From an uncultured delta proteobacterium (GTDB lineage Bacteria; Desulfobacterota; BSN033; UBA1163), in contig CAVPSJ010000004.1 in NCBI GenBank assembly GCA_963708295.1, positions 288,001-352,000 on the forward strand: a stretch of 64,000 nucleotides of DNA. The letters are read 5' to 3'. Under the pieces are notes generated by a model, which saw only the letters and a program-made list of their open reading frames with translations, searched no databases and was not told the origin of the DNA. Positions 19,078-30,661 of this stretch are shown here, in pieces (the stretch's first letter is position 1; each line of letters opens with the position of its first letter). A program made the translations under genes and the position numbers.

Positions 19078-20952
19078 ATGATGGAATTAAATACCCAGAA
19101 GATGGAGGATTTCAAGGGACGATATAGATACCTCGTCATTTTTGTCGGTCTCGCCTTTCTGGTGATCTTCATCCGCCTGTGGTCTCTTCAGGTGATGAAG
19201 GGAACCGACCTCCGGCATCTGTCCGATAACAATTGCATCCGACTCCGCGAGAATCCCGCCGATCGAGGAATGTTACTGGATCGTAACGGGAATATTCTGG
19301 CTCATAACCGCCCCTCCTTCGAGGTCTCTCTCGTCCCGGAAGACTTAAGAGCAAATCCAGAGGTTCTGGTCAAAACAGGAGAGATGTTGAATATAACCCG
19401 GGACGAGATCGAGGAAAAGATTAGGGCTCAAAAACGACGGACTCCCTTTAATCCGGTGAAGATCAAATCGGATATCGATTGGGATAAGCTGGCTGTCCTC
19501 GAAACCAATCGGGTTCATCTCCCGGGTATGATCGTGAATGTCAGACCCAGGAGAGCCTATGACTACGGGGACCTCGCCTCCCATCTGATCGGTTATCTCG
19601 GAGAGGTGGATGAGAATGACTTGAGGCAGGCCAAGGGGTCTCCCTACCGAATGGGTTCCCAGATTGGAAAATACGGAGTGGAATACCGGTGGGAGAATGA
19701 TCTCAGAGGAAGCGATGGGGGCCAGCAGATTGAAGTCGATGCCCTGGGGAGGGAGATCAGGCCTCTGGGGGTCGTTGAGCCCTTTCCGGGTAACAACCTC
19801 TTCCTGACCATCGATCTGGAACTCCAGAAGGTTGCTGAGGAAGCCTATCAGGATAAGACCGGGGCGCTCATTGCGATGGACCCGAAAACCGGGGAAATCT
19901 TGGCCATGGTGAGCAAGCCTTCTTTCAAGCCGGATATTTTTGCAAGAAATATTTTACCCGAGGAATGGAAGTCTCTTGTGGAAAACCCTCATCACCCTCT
20001 TCAAAACAAAGGGATCCAGGGACAATACCCTGCGGGATCGGTCTTCAAGATCATCACGGCGATTGCAGGCCTCGAATCGAAAACGATTACTCCGGCCACC
20101 CCCTTCACTTGCACGGGAGCCTTCTCGTACGGAAATCGGGACTTTCGGTGCTGGAAAGCAGGCGGCCATGGAAGCCTTAGCCTCCATCGGGCGATCGTCG
20201 AGTCTTGTGATATCTACTTCTATCAACTGGGATTAAAAGTGGGCCCTGATCTCATCGCGCGCTATGCCAGCGAGTTTGGTTTGGGGAGGATAACGGGTAT
20301 TTCACTTCCTCATGAGAGGCCGGGGATCGTCCCTTCCAGTTCCTGGAAAAAGAAACGTTATGGAGTTCCATGGTACAGCGGCGAGACCCTATCCTTCTCC
20401 GTCGGTCAAGGCTATCTGAATGCAACCCCCCTTCAGCTGCTGGTGCTCATTTCTGCCGTTGCCAACGGAGGGAGGATCTTTTTGCCTCAGGTGGCTGAAC
20501 GGGTAGAGGATATCTATAAAAACAGACTGAAAGAGTATCCGCCCGTGGAAATGGAACAAGTGAACGTTTCAGAGAAGACCCTCCAGTTTATCCAGGAAGC
20601 TCTGACGGGAGCAGTCAACGAACCTCACGGGACCGGTTCGGCGTGCGCGTTGAAGGAGGTCAAGGTTGCGGGGAAAACGGGCACGGCCCAAGTCATCGCG
20701 ATGCCGGAGGATTTTAAAAGAGGGCAGGTAAACCGGATCCCTCTCAAATTTCGGGATCATGCCTGGTTTGTGGCTTACGCCCCTGTGGAAGACCCCAAGA
20801 TCTCCGTGGTTGTCCTCGTTGAGCACGGAGGATTCGGGGCTTCGGCAGCCGCCCCGATCGCAAAGAAGGTGATCGCAAAATATCTCAACATCAACCCTTC
20901 GCCTCCCCTAAAGATAGAGGAGAAACAGAGCGACACAGATGATGCAGATTGA
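19078..20952 (+). CDS. mrdA: Penicillin-binding protein 2
   Basis: RGMLLDRNG, GSVFK (SxxK), SCD, KTGTAQ. Confidence 0.97.
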   Translation: MMELNTQKMEDFKGRYRYLVIFVGLAFLVIFIRLWSLQVMKGTDLRHLSDNNCIRLRENPADRGMLLDRNGNILAHNRPSFEVSLVPEDLRANPEVLVKTGEMLNITRDEIEEKIRAQKRRTPFNPVKIKSDIDWDKLAVLETNRVHLPGMIVNVRPRRAYDYGDLASHLIGYLGEVDENDLRQAKGSPYRMGSQIGKYGVEYRWENDLRGSDGGQQIEVDALGREIRPLGVVEPFPGNNLFLTIDLELQKVAEEAYQDKTGALIAMDPKTGEILAMVSKPSFKPDIFARNILPEEWKSLVENPHHPLQNKGIQGQYPAGSVFKIITAIAGLESKTITPATPFTCTGAFSYGNRDFRCWKAGGHGSLSLHRAIVESCDIYFYQLGLKVGPDLIARYASEFGLGRITGISLPHERPGIVPSSSWKKKRYGVPWYSGETLSFSVGQGYLNATPLQLLVLISAVANGGRIFLPQVAERVEDIYKNRLKEYPPVEMEQVNVSEKTLQFIQEALTGAVNEPHGTGSACALKEVKVAGKTGTAQVIAMPEDFKRGQVNRIPLKFRDHAWFVAYAPVEDPKISVVVLVEHGGFGASAAAPIAKKVIAKYLNINPSPPLKIEEKQSDTDDAD

Positions 20953-22042
20953 CCGACGTCTCTTCTTCCATTTCGATTGGACCTTATTGGGAATCATCCT
21001 GGCCATCGCGTCAATCGGGATTCTCAATCTGTATAGCGCCACGGCTAAGATCGAGATGGCCGGTACCCCCTTTTATATCAAACAAATCCTGTGGGTGCTG
21101 ATCGGATTGGCGGCGATGGTGACGCTCGCTTTCGTCGAATACCGTTTCTACTCCGATTTCGCCTATCTCGTTTACACGATCGCCTTGGTCCTTTTACTGC
21201 TGGTCTTGGCTTATGGGATCATCACCTCCGGGGCCCAGCGGTGGGTCAAAATTGGATCCCTTTCTTTTCAACCTTCGGAATTCGTCAAAATCTCATTCAT
21301 CCTGGCCCTGGCAAAGTTTTTTCATCGACCTCCGGATCGAGAAGGTTATTCGCTGAAACAACTTCCCTTCCCGTTTCTCCTTCTCCTGTTGCCGATGGTT
21401 CTGATCCTCAAACAACCCGACCTGGGAACCGCGATCATCCTTCTTTTAGTTTTCTTCTCGGTCCTGATCTTCGTTAAGATTCGATGGTCCTCCCTGCTCA
21501 TCATCGGACTGACCGGAGGAGCGGCCGTGCCACTCCTCTGGAAATTCCTTAAGGAATACCAGAAGAAGCGAATCATGACCTTTTTCAATCCGGAATTGGA
21601 CCCACTGGGTGCGGGATATCATCTCATTCAATCGAAGATCGCTGTGGGATCGGGGGGGATCCTCGGGAAAGGTTTTATGAAGGGAACTCAATCCAGGTTG
21701 GGCTTTCTCCCGGAGCAACAGACGGACTTCATCTTCTCAGCTTTGGGAGAGGAGTGGGGCTTGATCGGATCTGTCTTTGTCATCGGGCTTTATCTGGGAC
21801 TGATTCTCTGGGGACTTCGCATCGCCGTCCAGGCGAAAGATCGTTTTAGTGCCATCCTTGCTTTCGGGGTGGTGGCGATGCTCTTCTGGCATGTCTTCAT
21901 TAATATCGGAATGGTGCTGGGAATAATGCCGGTGGTAGGAATTCCCCTTCCCCTGCTCAGTTATGGGGGGTCTTTCATCATCTCCACGCTCATCGGAGTG
22001 GGGCTTCTCTTGAATGTCAGCATGAGGCGGTATCTCTTCTAA
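20939..22042 (+). CDS. rodA: Rod shape-determining protein RodA
   Basis: GAQRW, FQPSEF, QPDLGT, GIPLPLLSYGGS. Confidence 0.97.
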   Translation: MMQIDRRLFFHFDWTLLGIILAIASIGILNLYSATAKIEMAGTPFYIKQILWVLIGLAAMVTLAFVEYRFYSDFAYLVYTIALVLLLLVLAYGIITSGAQRWVKIGSLSFQPSEFVKISFILALAKFFHRPPDREGYSLKQLPFPFLLLLLPMVLILKQPDLGTAIILLLVFFSVLIFVKIRWSSLLIIGLTGGAAVPLLWKFLKEYQKKRIMTFFNPELDPLGAGYHLIQSKIAVGSGGILGKGFMKGTQSRLGFLPEQQTDFIFSALGEEWGLIGSVFVIGLYLGLILWGLRIAVQAKDRFSAILAFGVVAMLFWHVFINIGMVLGIMPVVGIPLPLLSYGGSFIISTLIGVGLLLNVSMRRYLF

Positions 22043-22114
22043 TTTCAAATTGCAGATCGCAAATCGCAAATTGTATTTTTTTCAATTTGAAATTTGAAAT
22101 CCAAAATCTGCAAT
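22041..22114. repeat. Palindromic heptamer-repeat array between convergent rodA and ssb
   Basis: TTCAAAT TGCAGAT CGCAAAT CGCAAAT...CAATTTG AAATTTG AAATCCA AAATCTG. Confidence 0.7.
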
Positions 22115-22536
22115 TAAAACGGTACGTCATCACTCGACCCGGGAGGGACTTCCTGGTCGATATCAAAATCTTTTCCCGTATCCGGAACCTCAGTGGGTGC
22201 TCCAGCTGCGCCTAACATCTGCATTTGGTTTGCCACGATTTCAGTCGTCGACCTTTTGTTTCCATCCTTGTCTTCCCATGTTCGGGTGCGAAGCCGGCCT
22301 TCAATGTAGACCTGTTTTCCCTTATTCAGATATTCTCCACATATCTCAGCCAATCGGCCGAAAGCCACGATCCGATGCCATTCCGTCATCGTCGTTTTTT
22401 CCCCGGAAGATCGATTTACCCGATTTTCACTTGTCGCCATCCGAAAATTTGCGACCGTGGTACCATTGCTTAAATACTTGACCTCAGGGTTTGCACCCAG
22501 GTTCCCGATAAGGATAACCTTGTTCACTCCCGCCAT
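22114..22536 (-). CDS. ssb: Single-stranded DNA-binding protein
   Basis: [19 protein letters not shown]-terminal DDVPF. Confidence 0.97.
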   Translation of the reverse strand: MAGVNKVILIGNLGANPEVKYLSNGTTVANFRMATSENRVNRSSGEKTTMTEWHRIVAFGRLAEICGEYLNKGKQVYIEGRLRTRTWEDKDGNKRSTTEIVANQMQMLGAAGAPTEVPDTGKDFDIDQEVPPGSSDDVPF

Positions 22537-22731
22537 AAAACCCTCCTCGCTGCTCCGAACCGGAAAGGGTTCGTCCCATGACTCACGCCGCACAGGCGCG
22601 AAAGCAAAAAAGAATCTTTCACGTCACCTTACCATTTCTAAGATCTCTTTTCAAGAAGATATTAACGGAATATTGACGGGGTTAAGAATATATTTTAGGC
22701 TTTGGGGTGGTTGTTCCATTCGGAGGTCGAG

Positions 22732-23304
22732 ATGGGGAAAAAGATCGGTTTTTCGCTTTCAATCTTGATAGGAATCGCAACGGTGCTCCTCCCCTGTCTC
22801 CAGGCAGGAAGGGCCGCTTCCCCATCTCAACCGGAATGCCCGTCCTGTAGTTCCTTTGGTGTTCAGAGGCCTCAGGAAAGAAAGCAAGCCCCGTCTTTTT
22901 CACTCAAGGGGTTGGATGGGAAGCAAGTTTCCCTCAGCGATTTCAGAGGGAAACCCGTCCTCATCACTTTTTGGGCCACCTGGTGTGAATCCTGCAAGGA
23001 AGAAATGCCTGTATTAGAAAAATTCTCCCAAGGGAAGAGAGATCAGCTGGCCATCCTGTTCATTACCATTGACGGAGAAAGAAAGAAAGCCGCTCAAACG
23101 ATCATCGACAAGAATAAAGTCACCCTTCCTGTTCTCTTGCTCTTGAAGGAAAAGGTGATGGACCAATACGGAGTAAGGGGCTGGGTTCCACAAACCTATC
23201 TGGTCGATCAAGAGGGGATGCTGGTGGGAAAGATTATAGGGCAAAGGGATTGGTCTTCAGCAGAAGCTTGGTCCTGCATAAAAGAACTATTCAGTCTTCG
23301 TTGA
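22732..23304 (+). CDS. TlpA/ResA-like thiol-disulfide oxidoreductase
   Basis: FWATWCESCKEEMP, VPQTYLVD; N-terminal anchor. Confidence 0.9.
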   Translation: MGKKIGFSLSILIGIATVLLPCLQAGRAASPSQPECPSCSSFGVQRPQERKQAPSFSLKGLDGKQVSLSDFRGKPVLITFWATWCESCKEEMPVLEKFSQGKRDQLAILFITIDGERKKAAQTIIDKNKVTLPVLLLLKEKVMDQYGVRGWVPQTYLVDQEGMLVGKIIGQRDWSSAEAWSCIKELFSLR

Positions 23305-23328
23305 CAAATACCGTAATTTTCGTATAAT
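23301..23328 (+). promoter_or_regulatory. Sigma70 promoter of lon
   Basis: TTGACA-N16-TATAAT. Confidence 0.7.
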
Positions 23329-23362
23329 AATTCCTGTTTTCATTCCGGAGCCGGGGTTTTCT

Positions 23363-25747
23363 GTGAGATATCTGTATAAATCGGAGAGCATTTCCATTCC
23401 GCAAAGACTTCTCTTCATCCCCCTGAAAGAGACGATCATTTTCCCTTATGTTGTCGCCCCTCTTTTTTTCCAATCGGATGAAGCTTTAGCGGCAATCAAT
23501 AAGGTATTGCTGGAGAATAGTCTGATCGGGTGTGTCGGTCTTCGTGATCCTTATCTCAAAGATCCCCAGACCAAGGATCTCCTCTCTATTGGAACCGTCT
23601 GTAAGATTCTCCAGTTGGTCAAGTTGCCAAATAAAGGGGTGAAGATTCTTGTGGAAGGGCTTTCGAGAGTGTTTCTGCAGAACATCACCCGGGAAGCCCC
23701 TTATTTCAAGGCAGATGTCAATGAGATTAACGAGCTTCAAGAACGGACCGTCCTTTCTGAAACGCTTATCCAGAGCATCGGAACTCTTTTTAAAATTTCA
23801 CTCTCCATGGGAAAGCCCCTCCCCGAGGAGTTATTGAAGACCCTCGACAAGATAGACCATCCGGGCAGGCTTGCTGACCTGATCGCGATCACCCTCCACT
23901 TGCCATTGAAGGAGCAGCAAGACATTTTTGAGACCGTCGACCCTCTGGAGCGATTGAAGAAGGTCTTTCAATCCTTCAGCCGAGAGATTCAATCCTCCCC
24001 GACCCGCCCACACCCTCTTCTCAATTCCGGAAAGGAAGCCGGGAAATTTCAAAAGGACCATTCCCTTCGCCCTCCCGTAAGAGGACAGAGGGAGGTGTCG
24101 GATGAGGACCCCTATCAGGCTGAAATTCATGAACTCAGGGAAAAGGTCCAAAATGCAGGGATGCCCCAAAAAGTTGAAGAGATCGCCCATAAGGAGATCA
24201 ATCGACTGGAACGGATGAACCCCATCTCCGCAGAATATACCGTTTCCAGAACGTATCTCGATTACCTCATCACGATGCCGTGGAATAAAAAAACGGTGGA
24301 CAACCTTGACCTCAGCCGGGCTCAGGCCATCCTCAACGAGGACCATTATGACCTCGAAAAAGTGAAGGAACGAATTCTAGAGTTCCTGGCCGTTAAGAAA
24401 CTAAAGGACCCCATGAAGGGCCCGATCCTCTGTTTTGTCGGGCCCCCGGGTGTTGGAAAGACTTCCCTCGGACGCTCCATCGCCCGCGCCTTGGAAAGGA
24501 AATTTATCCGTATCTCTTTAGGAGGGGTCCGGGATGAAGCAGAGATCCGGGGGCACCGTCGAACGTACGTGGGAGCTCTTCCGGGCCGTATTATTCAAGA
24601 GATCCGGCGGGCGGAAACGTTCAACCCTGTTTTTATGCTCGATGAGGTGGATAAGATCGGTCAGGACGTCCGCGGAGATCCCGCGGCAGCCCTTCTTGAA
24701 ACACTCGACCCGGAACAGAATTTCTCCTTCACCGATCATTACTTAGATGTCCCCTTCGATCTTTCCCATGTCTTGTTCATCACAACGGCAAATACCCTCT
24801 CTCCTATTCCTGCCGCTTTATTAGATCGTATGGAAGTGATTCCTCTGGCAGGGTATACCGAAGAGGAAAAGGAGAAAATCGCCTTCCAATTCTTGATCCC
24901 CCACCAAAAAGAAGAAAATGGGCTGAAAAACCATCCTCTCTCTTTCACTTCTGAAGCCCTTGACCGGATCATTCGAGAGTATACCCGGGAGGCAGGGGTA
25001 CGAAACCTAGAGAGGGAGATTGCCACCCTCTGTCGAAAAATTGCCAAGGAAGTGGCCATGGGAAGGTCCTCGAAAGAGAGAATTGATCGGGAGACTGTCG
25101 AGGAACTCCTGGGGCCACGAAAATTCTTTCGCGAGGTTGCTCAGGAAAAAGATCGCATCGGCATGGCCACAGGACTGGCCTGGACAGAAAATGGAGGAGA
25201 TATCCTTTTTATCGAAACGTCTAAAATGAAAGGCGATAAGGGACTTATTTTGACGGGATCTCTTGGGGAGGTCATGAAGGAATCTGCTCACGCGGCCCTC
25301 TCTTATATTCGGACCAACGCCTCCTCGCTTCATATCCCTGAGAATTTTTATCAAGAGTGCGACATCCATGTCCACATCCCGTCTGGGGGGACTCCTAAAG
25401 ATGGACCTTCTGCAGGAATTACCATTGCCACCGCCGTTCTCTCTCTTCTCAGGGACAAACCCGTTCCTCACGAGATTGCGATGACCGGCGAATTGACCCT
25501 GACCGGAAGGGTGCTTCCGGTCGGGGGGATTAAAGAAAAGATCCTCGCTGCTCGCAGGGCAGGAGTGAAGACCGTGATCCTGCCTAAGAAAAATGAGAAG
25601 AACCTCGACGATATTCCGGACTATATAAAGAATGAGATGAATTTCATCTTAGTCGAACATATCCAGGAGGTGCTCGATCTCACCCTCCCCTCGGTAAGTC
25701 AGATGAAAAGAGGGGAGGACTCCTGCCGGGAAAGGGCGAGTTCATAA
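23363..25747 (+). CDS. lon: ATP-dependent protease La (Lon)
   Basis: [36 protein letters not shown]. Confidence 0.97.
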   Translation: MRYLYKSESISIPQRLLFIPLKETIIFPYVVAPLFFQSDEALAAINKVLLENSLIGCVGLRDPYLKDPQTKDLLSIGTVCKILQLVKLPNKGVKILVEGLSRVFLQNITREAPYFKADVNEINELQERTVLSETLIQSIGTLFKISLSMGKPLPEELLKTLDKIDHPGRLADLIAITLHLPLKEQQDIFETVDPLERLKKVFQSFSREIQSSPTRPHPLLNSGKEAGKFQKDHSLRPPVRGQREVSDEDPYQAEIHELREKVQNAGMPQKVEEIAHKEINRLERMNPISAEYTVSRTYLDYLITMPWNKKTVDNLDLSRAQAILNEDHYDLEKVKERILEFLAVKKLKDPMKGPILCFVGPPGVGKTSLGRSIARALERKFIRISLGGVRDEAEIRGHRRTYVGALPGRIIQEIRRAETFNPVFMLDEVDKIGQDVRGDPAAALLETLDPEQNFSFTDHYLDVPFDLSHVLFITTANTLSPIPAALLDRMEVIPLAGYTEEEKEKIAFQFLIPHQKEENGLKNHPLSFTSEALDRIIREYTREAGVRNLEREIATLCRKIAKEVAMGRSSKERIDRETVEELLGPRKFFREVAQEKDRIGMATGLAWTENGGDILFIETSKMKGDKGLILTGSLGEVMKESAHAALSYIRTNASSLHIPENFYQECDIHVHIPSGGTPKDGPSAGITIATAVLSLLRDKPVPHEIAMTGELTLTGRVLPVGGIKEKILAARRAGVKTVILPKKNEKNLDDIPDYIKNEMNFILVEHIQEVLDLTLPSVSQMKRGEDSCRERASS

Positions 25748-25761
25748 ATTCAAATCTCAGT

Positions 25762-26676
25762 ATGGCAGCTCCCTTCAAATCTGGTTTTATCTCTATTTTG
25801 GGAAGGCCGAACGTAGGGAAATCGACCCTTTTTAACCGCCTCCTCGGCGACAAGATCGCCATCGTCGCTGAAAAACCTCAGACGACACGAAACCGAATCC
25901 TCGGCATCAAAAACACCGGAGGAGCTCAACTCATTTTTCTCGATACCCCGGGAATTCACCAGGGACGCTCTGAATTGAACAATCGGATGGTCCGAACGGC
26001 CATTGCTTCGGGTCGGGATGCGGATATTCTTCTCTTTCTCATCGAGGCCACCTCCCCGGCCATAGAAAAAGACCGGAAGGTGATAGAATCTCTCCGGGGA
26101 AGCAACGGCGTTCCCATCCTCGTCATCAACAAGATTGATTCGGTGAAAAAAAGGAACCTTCTTCCCATCATGGATCAGTATCAGAAACTCCATCCCTTCA
26201 AAGAGATCATTCCCGTCTCCGCCCTCACCGGAGAGGGGATCGACATCCTCTTAGATGAAATGATCAAGGTCCTCCCCGAATCCCATCCTTATTATTCAGA
26301 AGACATGATCACGGATCAGACAGAACGCTTTTGGATCTCTGAAATCATTCGAGAGAAGGTTATCCATCGATCCTATCAAGAGGTTCCGTATTCGACCGCT
26401 GTGACGATTGATGAATTTAAAGAGCACCCGGAGAGAAATCTGGTGGTCATTAAGGCGACGATCCATGTTGAAAGAGATTCTCAAAAAAGGATTCTCATCG
26501 GAAAAGGTGGGCAAAAATTGAAAAAGATTGGAGAGGAGGCGAGAAAGGAAGCCGAGGCTTTCTGGGGAACAAGGGTCTTTCTGGAATTGTGGGTGCATGT
26601 GGAGGAAGGTTGGACCCGGGATCCCCGTGCCTTGAATCGGTTAGGCTATCCATCGACTTTAAACCAATCCGCTTGA
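25762..26676 (+). CDS. era: GTPase Era
   Basis: GRPNVGKST, PQTTR, DTPG, NKID, KH domain IGKGG. Confidence 0.97.
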   Translation: MAAPFKSGFISILGRPNVGKSTLFNRLLGDKIAIVAEKPQTTRNRILGIKNTGGAQLIFLDTPGIHQGRSELNNRMVRTAIASGRDADILLFLIEATSPAIEKDRKVIESLRGSNGVPILVINKIDSVKKRNLLPIMDQYQKLHPFKEIIPVSALTGEGIDILLDEMIKVLPESHPYYSEDMITDQTERFWISEIIREKVIHRSYQEVPYSTAVTIDEFKEHPERNLVVIKATIHVERDSQKRILIGKGGQKLKKIGEEARKEAEAFWGTRVFLELWVHVEEGWTRDPRALNRLGYPSTLNQSA

Positions 26677-26688
26677 GGGAATTGACCC

Positions 26689-27597
26689 GTGGATGAAAGG
26701 GAAACCTTAGGAAAATATCTGAAGAGCCAGAGGGAGTCCAAGAAGATTTCCTTGAGAGAGGTGGCAAAAAACACGAGGGTGAGGGAACACATTCTCAGGG
26801 CCATCGAGGAGGACCAGCATACCCTTCTCCCTCCCGCGACCTACGTGAAAGGGTTTCTCCTGGCCTATGCCAAATATCTCGGCCTCGATCCCAACGATAT
26901 CCTTCTCCGTTACGAAAGAGTCTTGAAGGGAGAACCCATCGCCCCTCCATCCGTTCCATCCCCGGGGCCCAAACAGGAGAGTCCTGCCCCTCAACCGTCA
27001 AAACCCAGACAGAAGAGGCCATGGAAGACGAGACAAACCTGGGTGGTCATGGGAGTCATCGTGGCAAGCTTCTTTGTCTTTTATTTCTTCTCCCCTTACT
27101 CCTACAAACCTCCGGCGGAACCCGGCTCCGATAAACGTGTCGAGGAGAAACCTTCGGTCGCTCCTTCACCTCCTGTGACGGCAACCCCTCGACCCTCGGA
27201 GCGAAAACCCTCCGACCAGGAGAAAAAACCTCCCACGCCATCTGCTCCCGTTGCGGCAACCACCTCCGTTCAACAAATAAAGGCAATCTCTCTCCAGCTC
27301 AAAGCCGTTGAACAAACATGGTTGAGTCTCCAAGCGGACAATCAGTCCGGACAGGAGATGATCCTGAAGCCAGGGGAAGAGGTGGCCTTTCAAGCATCGG
27401 CTCGGATTCTCATGAAACTTGGAAACGCAGGAGGACTCGATCTGGCCTTAAACGGAAAGTCTCTGGGAAAGCTTGGGAAGTCAGGGGAGGTCCTGAATCT
27501 CATCCTCACGCCCCAGGGGGTGGAAGTAAAACGCTCGGAGAAGCCGAAACCGCCCGATGAAGGAATTCCAAATTCCGAACCTCAACGTTCCAATTAA
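26689..27597 (+). CDS. rodZ: RodZ-like protein (HTH, TM, DUF4115)
   Basis: YVKGFL.AYAKYLGLD, TM, Pro-rich linker, LGNAGG. Confidence 0.85.
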   Translation: MDERETLGKYLKSQRESKKISLREVAKNTRVREHILRAIEEDQHTLLPPATYVKGFLLAYAKYLGLDPNDILLRYERVLKGEPIAPPSVPSPGPKQESPAPQPSKPRQKRPWKTRQTWVVMGVIVASFFVFYFFSPYSYKPPAEPGSDKRVEEKPSVAPSPPVTATPRPSERKPSDQEKKPPTPSAPVAATTSVQQIKAISLQLKAVEQTWLSLQADNQSGQEMILKPGEEVAFQASARILMKLGNAGGLDLALNGKSLGKLGKSGEVLNLILTPQGVEVKRSEKPKPPDEGIPNSEPQRSN

Positions 27598-27846
27598 GCC
27601 TTTATCCCGTCGCCCGGGAGCTCAAGGAATCTTCATCGCTGGAGGACTCTCTCCGAAGAGCTGACCCGTTCGGCGGCGCCCCTCGGCCCTGAGTTCAATC
27701 GAGGGTTTCGGATCGAAGGCAAGTCCGTGGCCTTTGGCTCGGCAAGCTCACCCTCCTGAGCAAAGCCGGGGGGGCCGAAAGTCGAAGAGTTGACTTTTCT
27801 TGTACGGGTGATATAAAAAGGTGAGATATAAAGAGATGAAAGGATT

Positions 27847-27958
27847 GTGAAGCTCTCCGCCCTAACGGGCGGGGCTTCCCGGCAAGGTGGTTTTATCATA
27901 GTGTGCCCCTTGGCCCCGCTCTGAAGGGTGGGGCTTGCGGAGCACGTTCCGGCCAGGG
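27847..27958 (+). repeat. Dispersed structured repeat, copy B
   Basis: GTGAAGCTCTCCGCCC...GGGCGGGGCTTCCCGG...GTGCCCCTTG...GCACGTTCCGGCCAGGG. Confidence 0.8.
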
Positions 27959-27969
27959 CAGACGAGAAC

Positions 27970-28461
27970 ATGATTCGGCATCACGACGAAGACGAAAGGG
28001 AACGGATTTCCTGGAGAGAAATTGATCGGAGGAAAGATCGAAGCCGCTACGCTCCCAAAGACCCCCCCCAGGATCAGCCAAGATCCCGTCGTTCCGAATG
28101 GGTGATGAAAAAGTATCGAAAGGAGGCCGATAAACTCTTCATGGGAAAGAAAGGAACAAAAAAACATCAGAAGGCCCATAATGACATCGATCGTTATCAT
28201 GGGTCCGATCAGTTTGAGACAGTAGCGAAAGCGTACTTGGATCAATACGGCCTACCGGAGGACTGGAGCACGCTGTTGCTTCTGTTGGATTACTCGGATT
28301 CGAAAATGGTCTTGCAGGCCCTTACCGCGATGAAGGATCTCTATGAGGCCAGGAGCCCCATTGAGAAACAAGGCTTCAAAGCCAAGGTGGATATTTTAGC
28401 CATGACGGCCAGTGACAGCGACCTGAGAGATTTTGCGGAAGAGATGCTTAAGTCCCTATAG
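27970..28461 (+). CDS. Hypothetical protein
   Basis: ORF with SWREIDRRKDRS N-terminus and helical C-terminus. Confidence 0.7.
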   Translation: MIRHHDEDERERISWREIDRRKDRSRYAPKDPPQDQPRSRRSEWVMKKYRKEADKLFMGKKGTKKHQKAHNDIDRYHGSDQFETVAKAYLDQYGLPEDWSTLLLLLDYSDSKMVLQALTAMKDLYEARSPIEKQGFKAKVDILAMTASDSDLRDFAEEMLKSL

Positions 28462-28603
28462 CCTCAAACCCAATGGATGAAGAACCCGCCCCACGCGTCC
28501 GCGGATCGGCCAAACAGCACTGAACCGAAATAACTGTGGACCCTGGACCGTTTCTTTGCGGGAGTTTTCCGGCAATCGCACGCTTCGTCACGAGCCTTCC
28601 GAT

Positions 28604-29014
28604 TTAAGAAAGGGAAGGCTGGAGATTTCGACGTTTTGATGGAAGAGCGTCCTGGATATACTTATCCAGAAGACTCTCAAGCTGGCTTTTATCCCATCCC
28701 GTATAGGTCTCTTTCCCTTCCACAATAAAAGTGGGATAGGTGCGGATCCGATGGCGCAAGGATTTGTAGACCCCGACAAACGATGGGGCATCAATCAGCC
28801 TAATCGAGATACGGTGTTTGTAGAGCCGATTTAACTCTCGCATCCAGTCCGAAAGCTTCCTGTTCTCCTCTCTCAAATCCGGAGGATACTCGTCTACCTC
28901 TTTCTGCTGGAGTTTCTGGTTCAACCCTGTTTGATCGAAGAAGATCTTGCAGCGGCGGCACTGATCAAAAGCGGTCATCATTCTTGCAACAACTTCCAGG
29001 ACAATGGGCTTCAT
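28604..29014 (-). CDS. Thioredoxin-fold-like hypothetical protein
   Basis: CRRC near N-terminus, IRTYPTFIVEG cis-Pro-like motif; SD GGAG. Confidence 0.7.
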   Translation of the reverse strand: MKPIVLEVVARMMTAFDQCRRCKIFFDQTGLNQKLQQKEVDEYPPDLREENRKLSDWMRELNRLYKHRISIRLIDAPSFVGVYKSLRHRIRTYPTFIVEGKETYTGWDKSQLESLLDKYIQDALPSKRRNLQPSLS

Positions 29015-29314
29015 GATCTCTCTCCTTAGGCTATCTATCCTATAACCCAAAGACCTGTGAAATTTCAAATGGGAGATGTGAACATCTCTCTTTTCCGCAT
29101 TCGCAAGTAGCTCGATGACCCATCACGCTAAAAGACCGCATGACCAAAGCTGAGGAGCAGTGCCTATCCCGACCGTATCTCCCGTTCATGATGATTGCGC
29201 AAGGAAGAGGGGAAAGGAAAAAGCGTTTGCCGGTTGCGGGCAAAGAAGAAGCTGGATAGGTCCGGCCAGAACTCGGCGTTGACCCCTCCCCATGGAATGG
29301 GTTAAGGTGTTGCG

Positions 29315-30661
29315 ATGAAGATTCTTTTGGTCTCACCCGAGAGAAAGCGAAGAAGGGAAGAGGCCTTCCTCTTCCGGCTGAGCTTCTTAAACCTCCCTTA
29401 TATCGCAGCGGTCACACCTCCCGATGTGGAGGTGAAGATTGTGGATGAAGCTTTTGACAGAATTAATTTCGAAGAAAAGGTGGATCTGGTGGGGATTACG
29501 GCTCAGACGCCTGTTGCCCCAAGGGCCTACCAGATCGCGAGGGAATTTAGGAGGAGAGGGATCCCCGTGGTCATGGGAGGTGTCCACGCCAGTATGCTCC
29601 CTCAGGAAGCGCTTCAACAGGTCGATGCCGTGGTGGTAGGAGAGGCAGAAGGGGTCTGGCCGCATCTGATCGAGGATCTGAAAAAGGGCCAAATGAAGCG
29701 AATGTACGCAGGGAGTGACTTTTTCAACCCCTCCCATCTTCCCCTTCCGAGGAGAGAACTTCTCAACCAGAAATTCTACTTTCCGTTGAAGTTACTCGAA
29801 ACCACGCGGGGGTGCCCGCATCATTGCGACTTCTGCGGTGTCTCAAAATTCTTCGGATTCCGATACCGTAATCGGCCGGTCAGCGAAATCGAGCGAGAGC
29901 TCAAAACCCTTTTTCAAGAGGGACCGGTCATGAATCCGATCTTAAAAAATATTCTCTCCTTATTGAGCAAAGACCTTCCCTACTTCCTCAAGAGAAGACT
30001 CCTTTACATCATCGATTCCAACGTCGCAGGAGATAGGCGATTTTGCCTTGAACTTCTCTCCGTTCTTAAACGATTCGACCTCCTCTGGTACGGCCATGCC
30101 CCGGTTTCCGTCGCCTTCGATCAGGAACTCCTGGAAGGATTCGCGCAAAGCGGCTGCATCGCTGTCAATATCGGTTTCGAGTCCTTTTCCACAAAAAACC
30201 TGAAAGCGATGGGGAAGGGATTCAACCAGCCCATCCGATATGCGGAAGCCGTCCGTCGGATTCACGATCAGGGAGTTGGCATCATGGGAACCTTCATCGT
30301 AGGGTTGGATGACGATGACCCCGGTGTCTTCCGACGGATTATTGATTTCTCCATTGATTCAAAGCTTGACTGGGCCCTCACCTTTATCATGGCGCCTTAT
30401 CCCGGAACGGATTCGTTTCTTCGACTGGAAAAAGAAGGAAGGATCCTATCCAGGGATTGGGAGAAATACGATTCTCTCCATGTCGTCTATCAGCCTCTCG
30501 GGATGTCCGTGGAAGAGTTGGAGAAAGGGATGAGGAGCGCCTGGAAAGACGTCTTTTCAACTTCTTCCATCTGTAAGAGGGTTCTCAAGAGACCCTGGAT
30601 TCATCCCCTCTTTTATTTAGGGATGAATTGGGGATTTCACCGATTGACAAAAACATGGTAG
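29315..30661 (+). CDS. Cobalamin-binding radical SAM protein
   Basis: VVMGGVHAS, VVVGEAE, TRGCPHHCDFC, IGFES. Confidence 0.92.
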   Translation: MKILLVSPERKRRREEAFLFRLSFLNLPYIAAVTPPDVEVKIVDEAFDRINFEEKVDLVGITAQTPVAPRAYQIAREFRRRGIPVVMGGVHASMLPQEALQQVDAVVVGEAEGVWPHLIEDLKKGQMKRMYAGSDFFNPSHLPLPRRELLNQKFYFPLKLLETTRGCPHHCDFCGVSKFFGFRYRNRPVSEIERELKTLFQEGPVMNPILKNILSLLSKDLPYFLKRRLLYIIDSNVAGDRRFCLELLSVLKRFDLLWYGHAPVSVAFDQELLEGFAQSGCIAVNIGFESFSTKNLKAMGKGFNQPIRYAEAVRRIHDQGVGIMGTFIVGLDDDDPGVFRRIIDFSIDSKLDWALTFIMAPYPGTDSFLRLEKEGRILSRDWEKYDSLHVVYQPLGMSVEELEKGMRSAWKDVFSTSSICKRVLKRPWIHPLFYLGMNWGFHRLTKTW

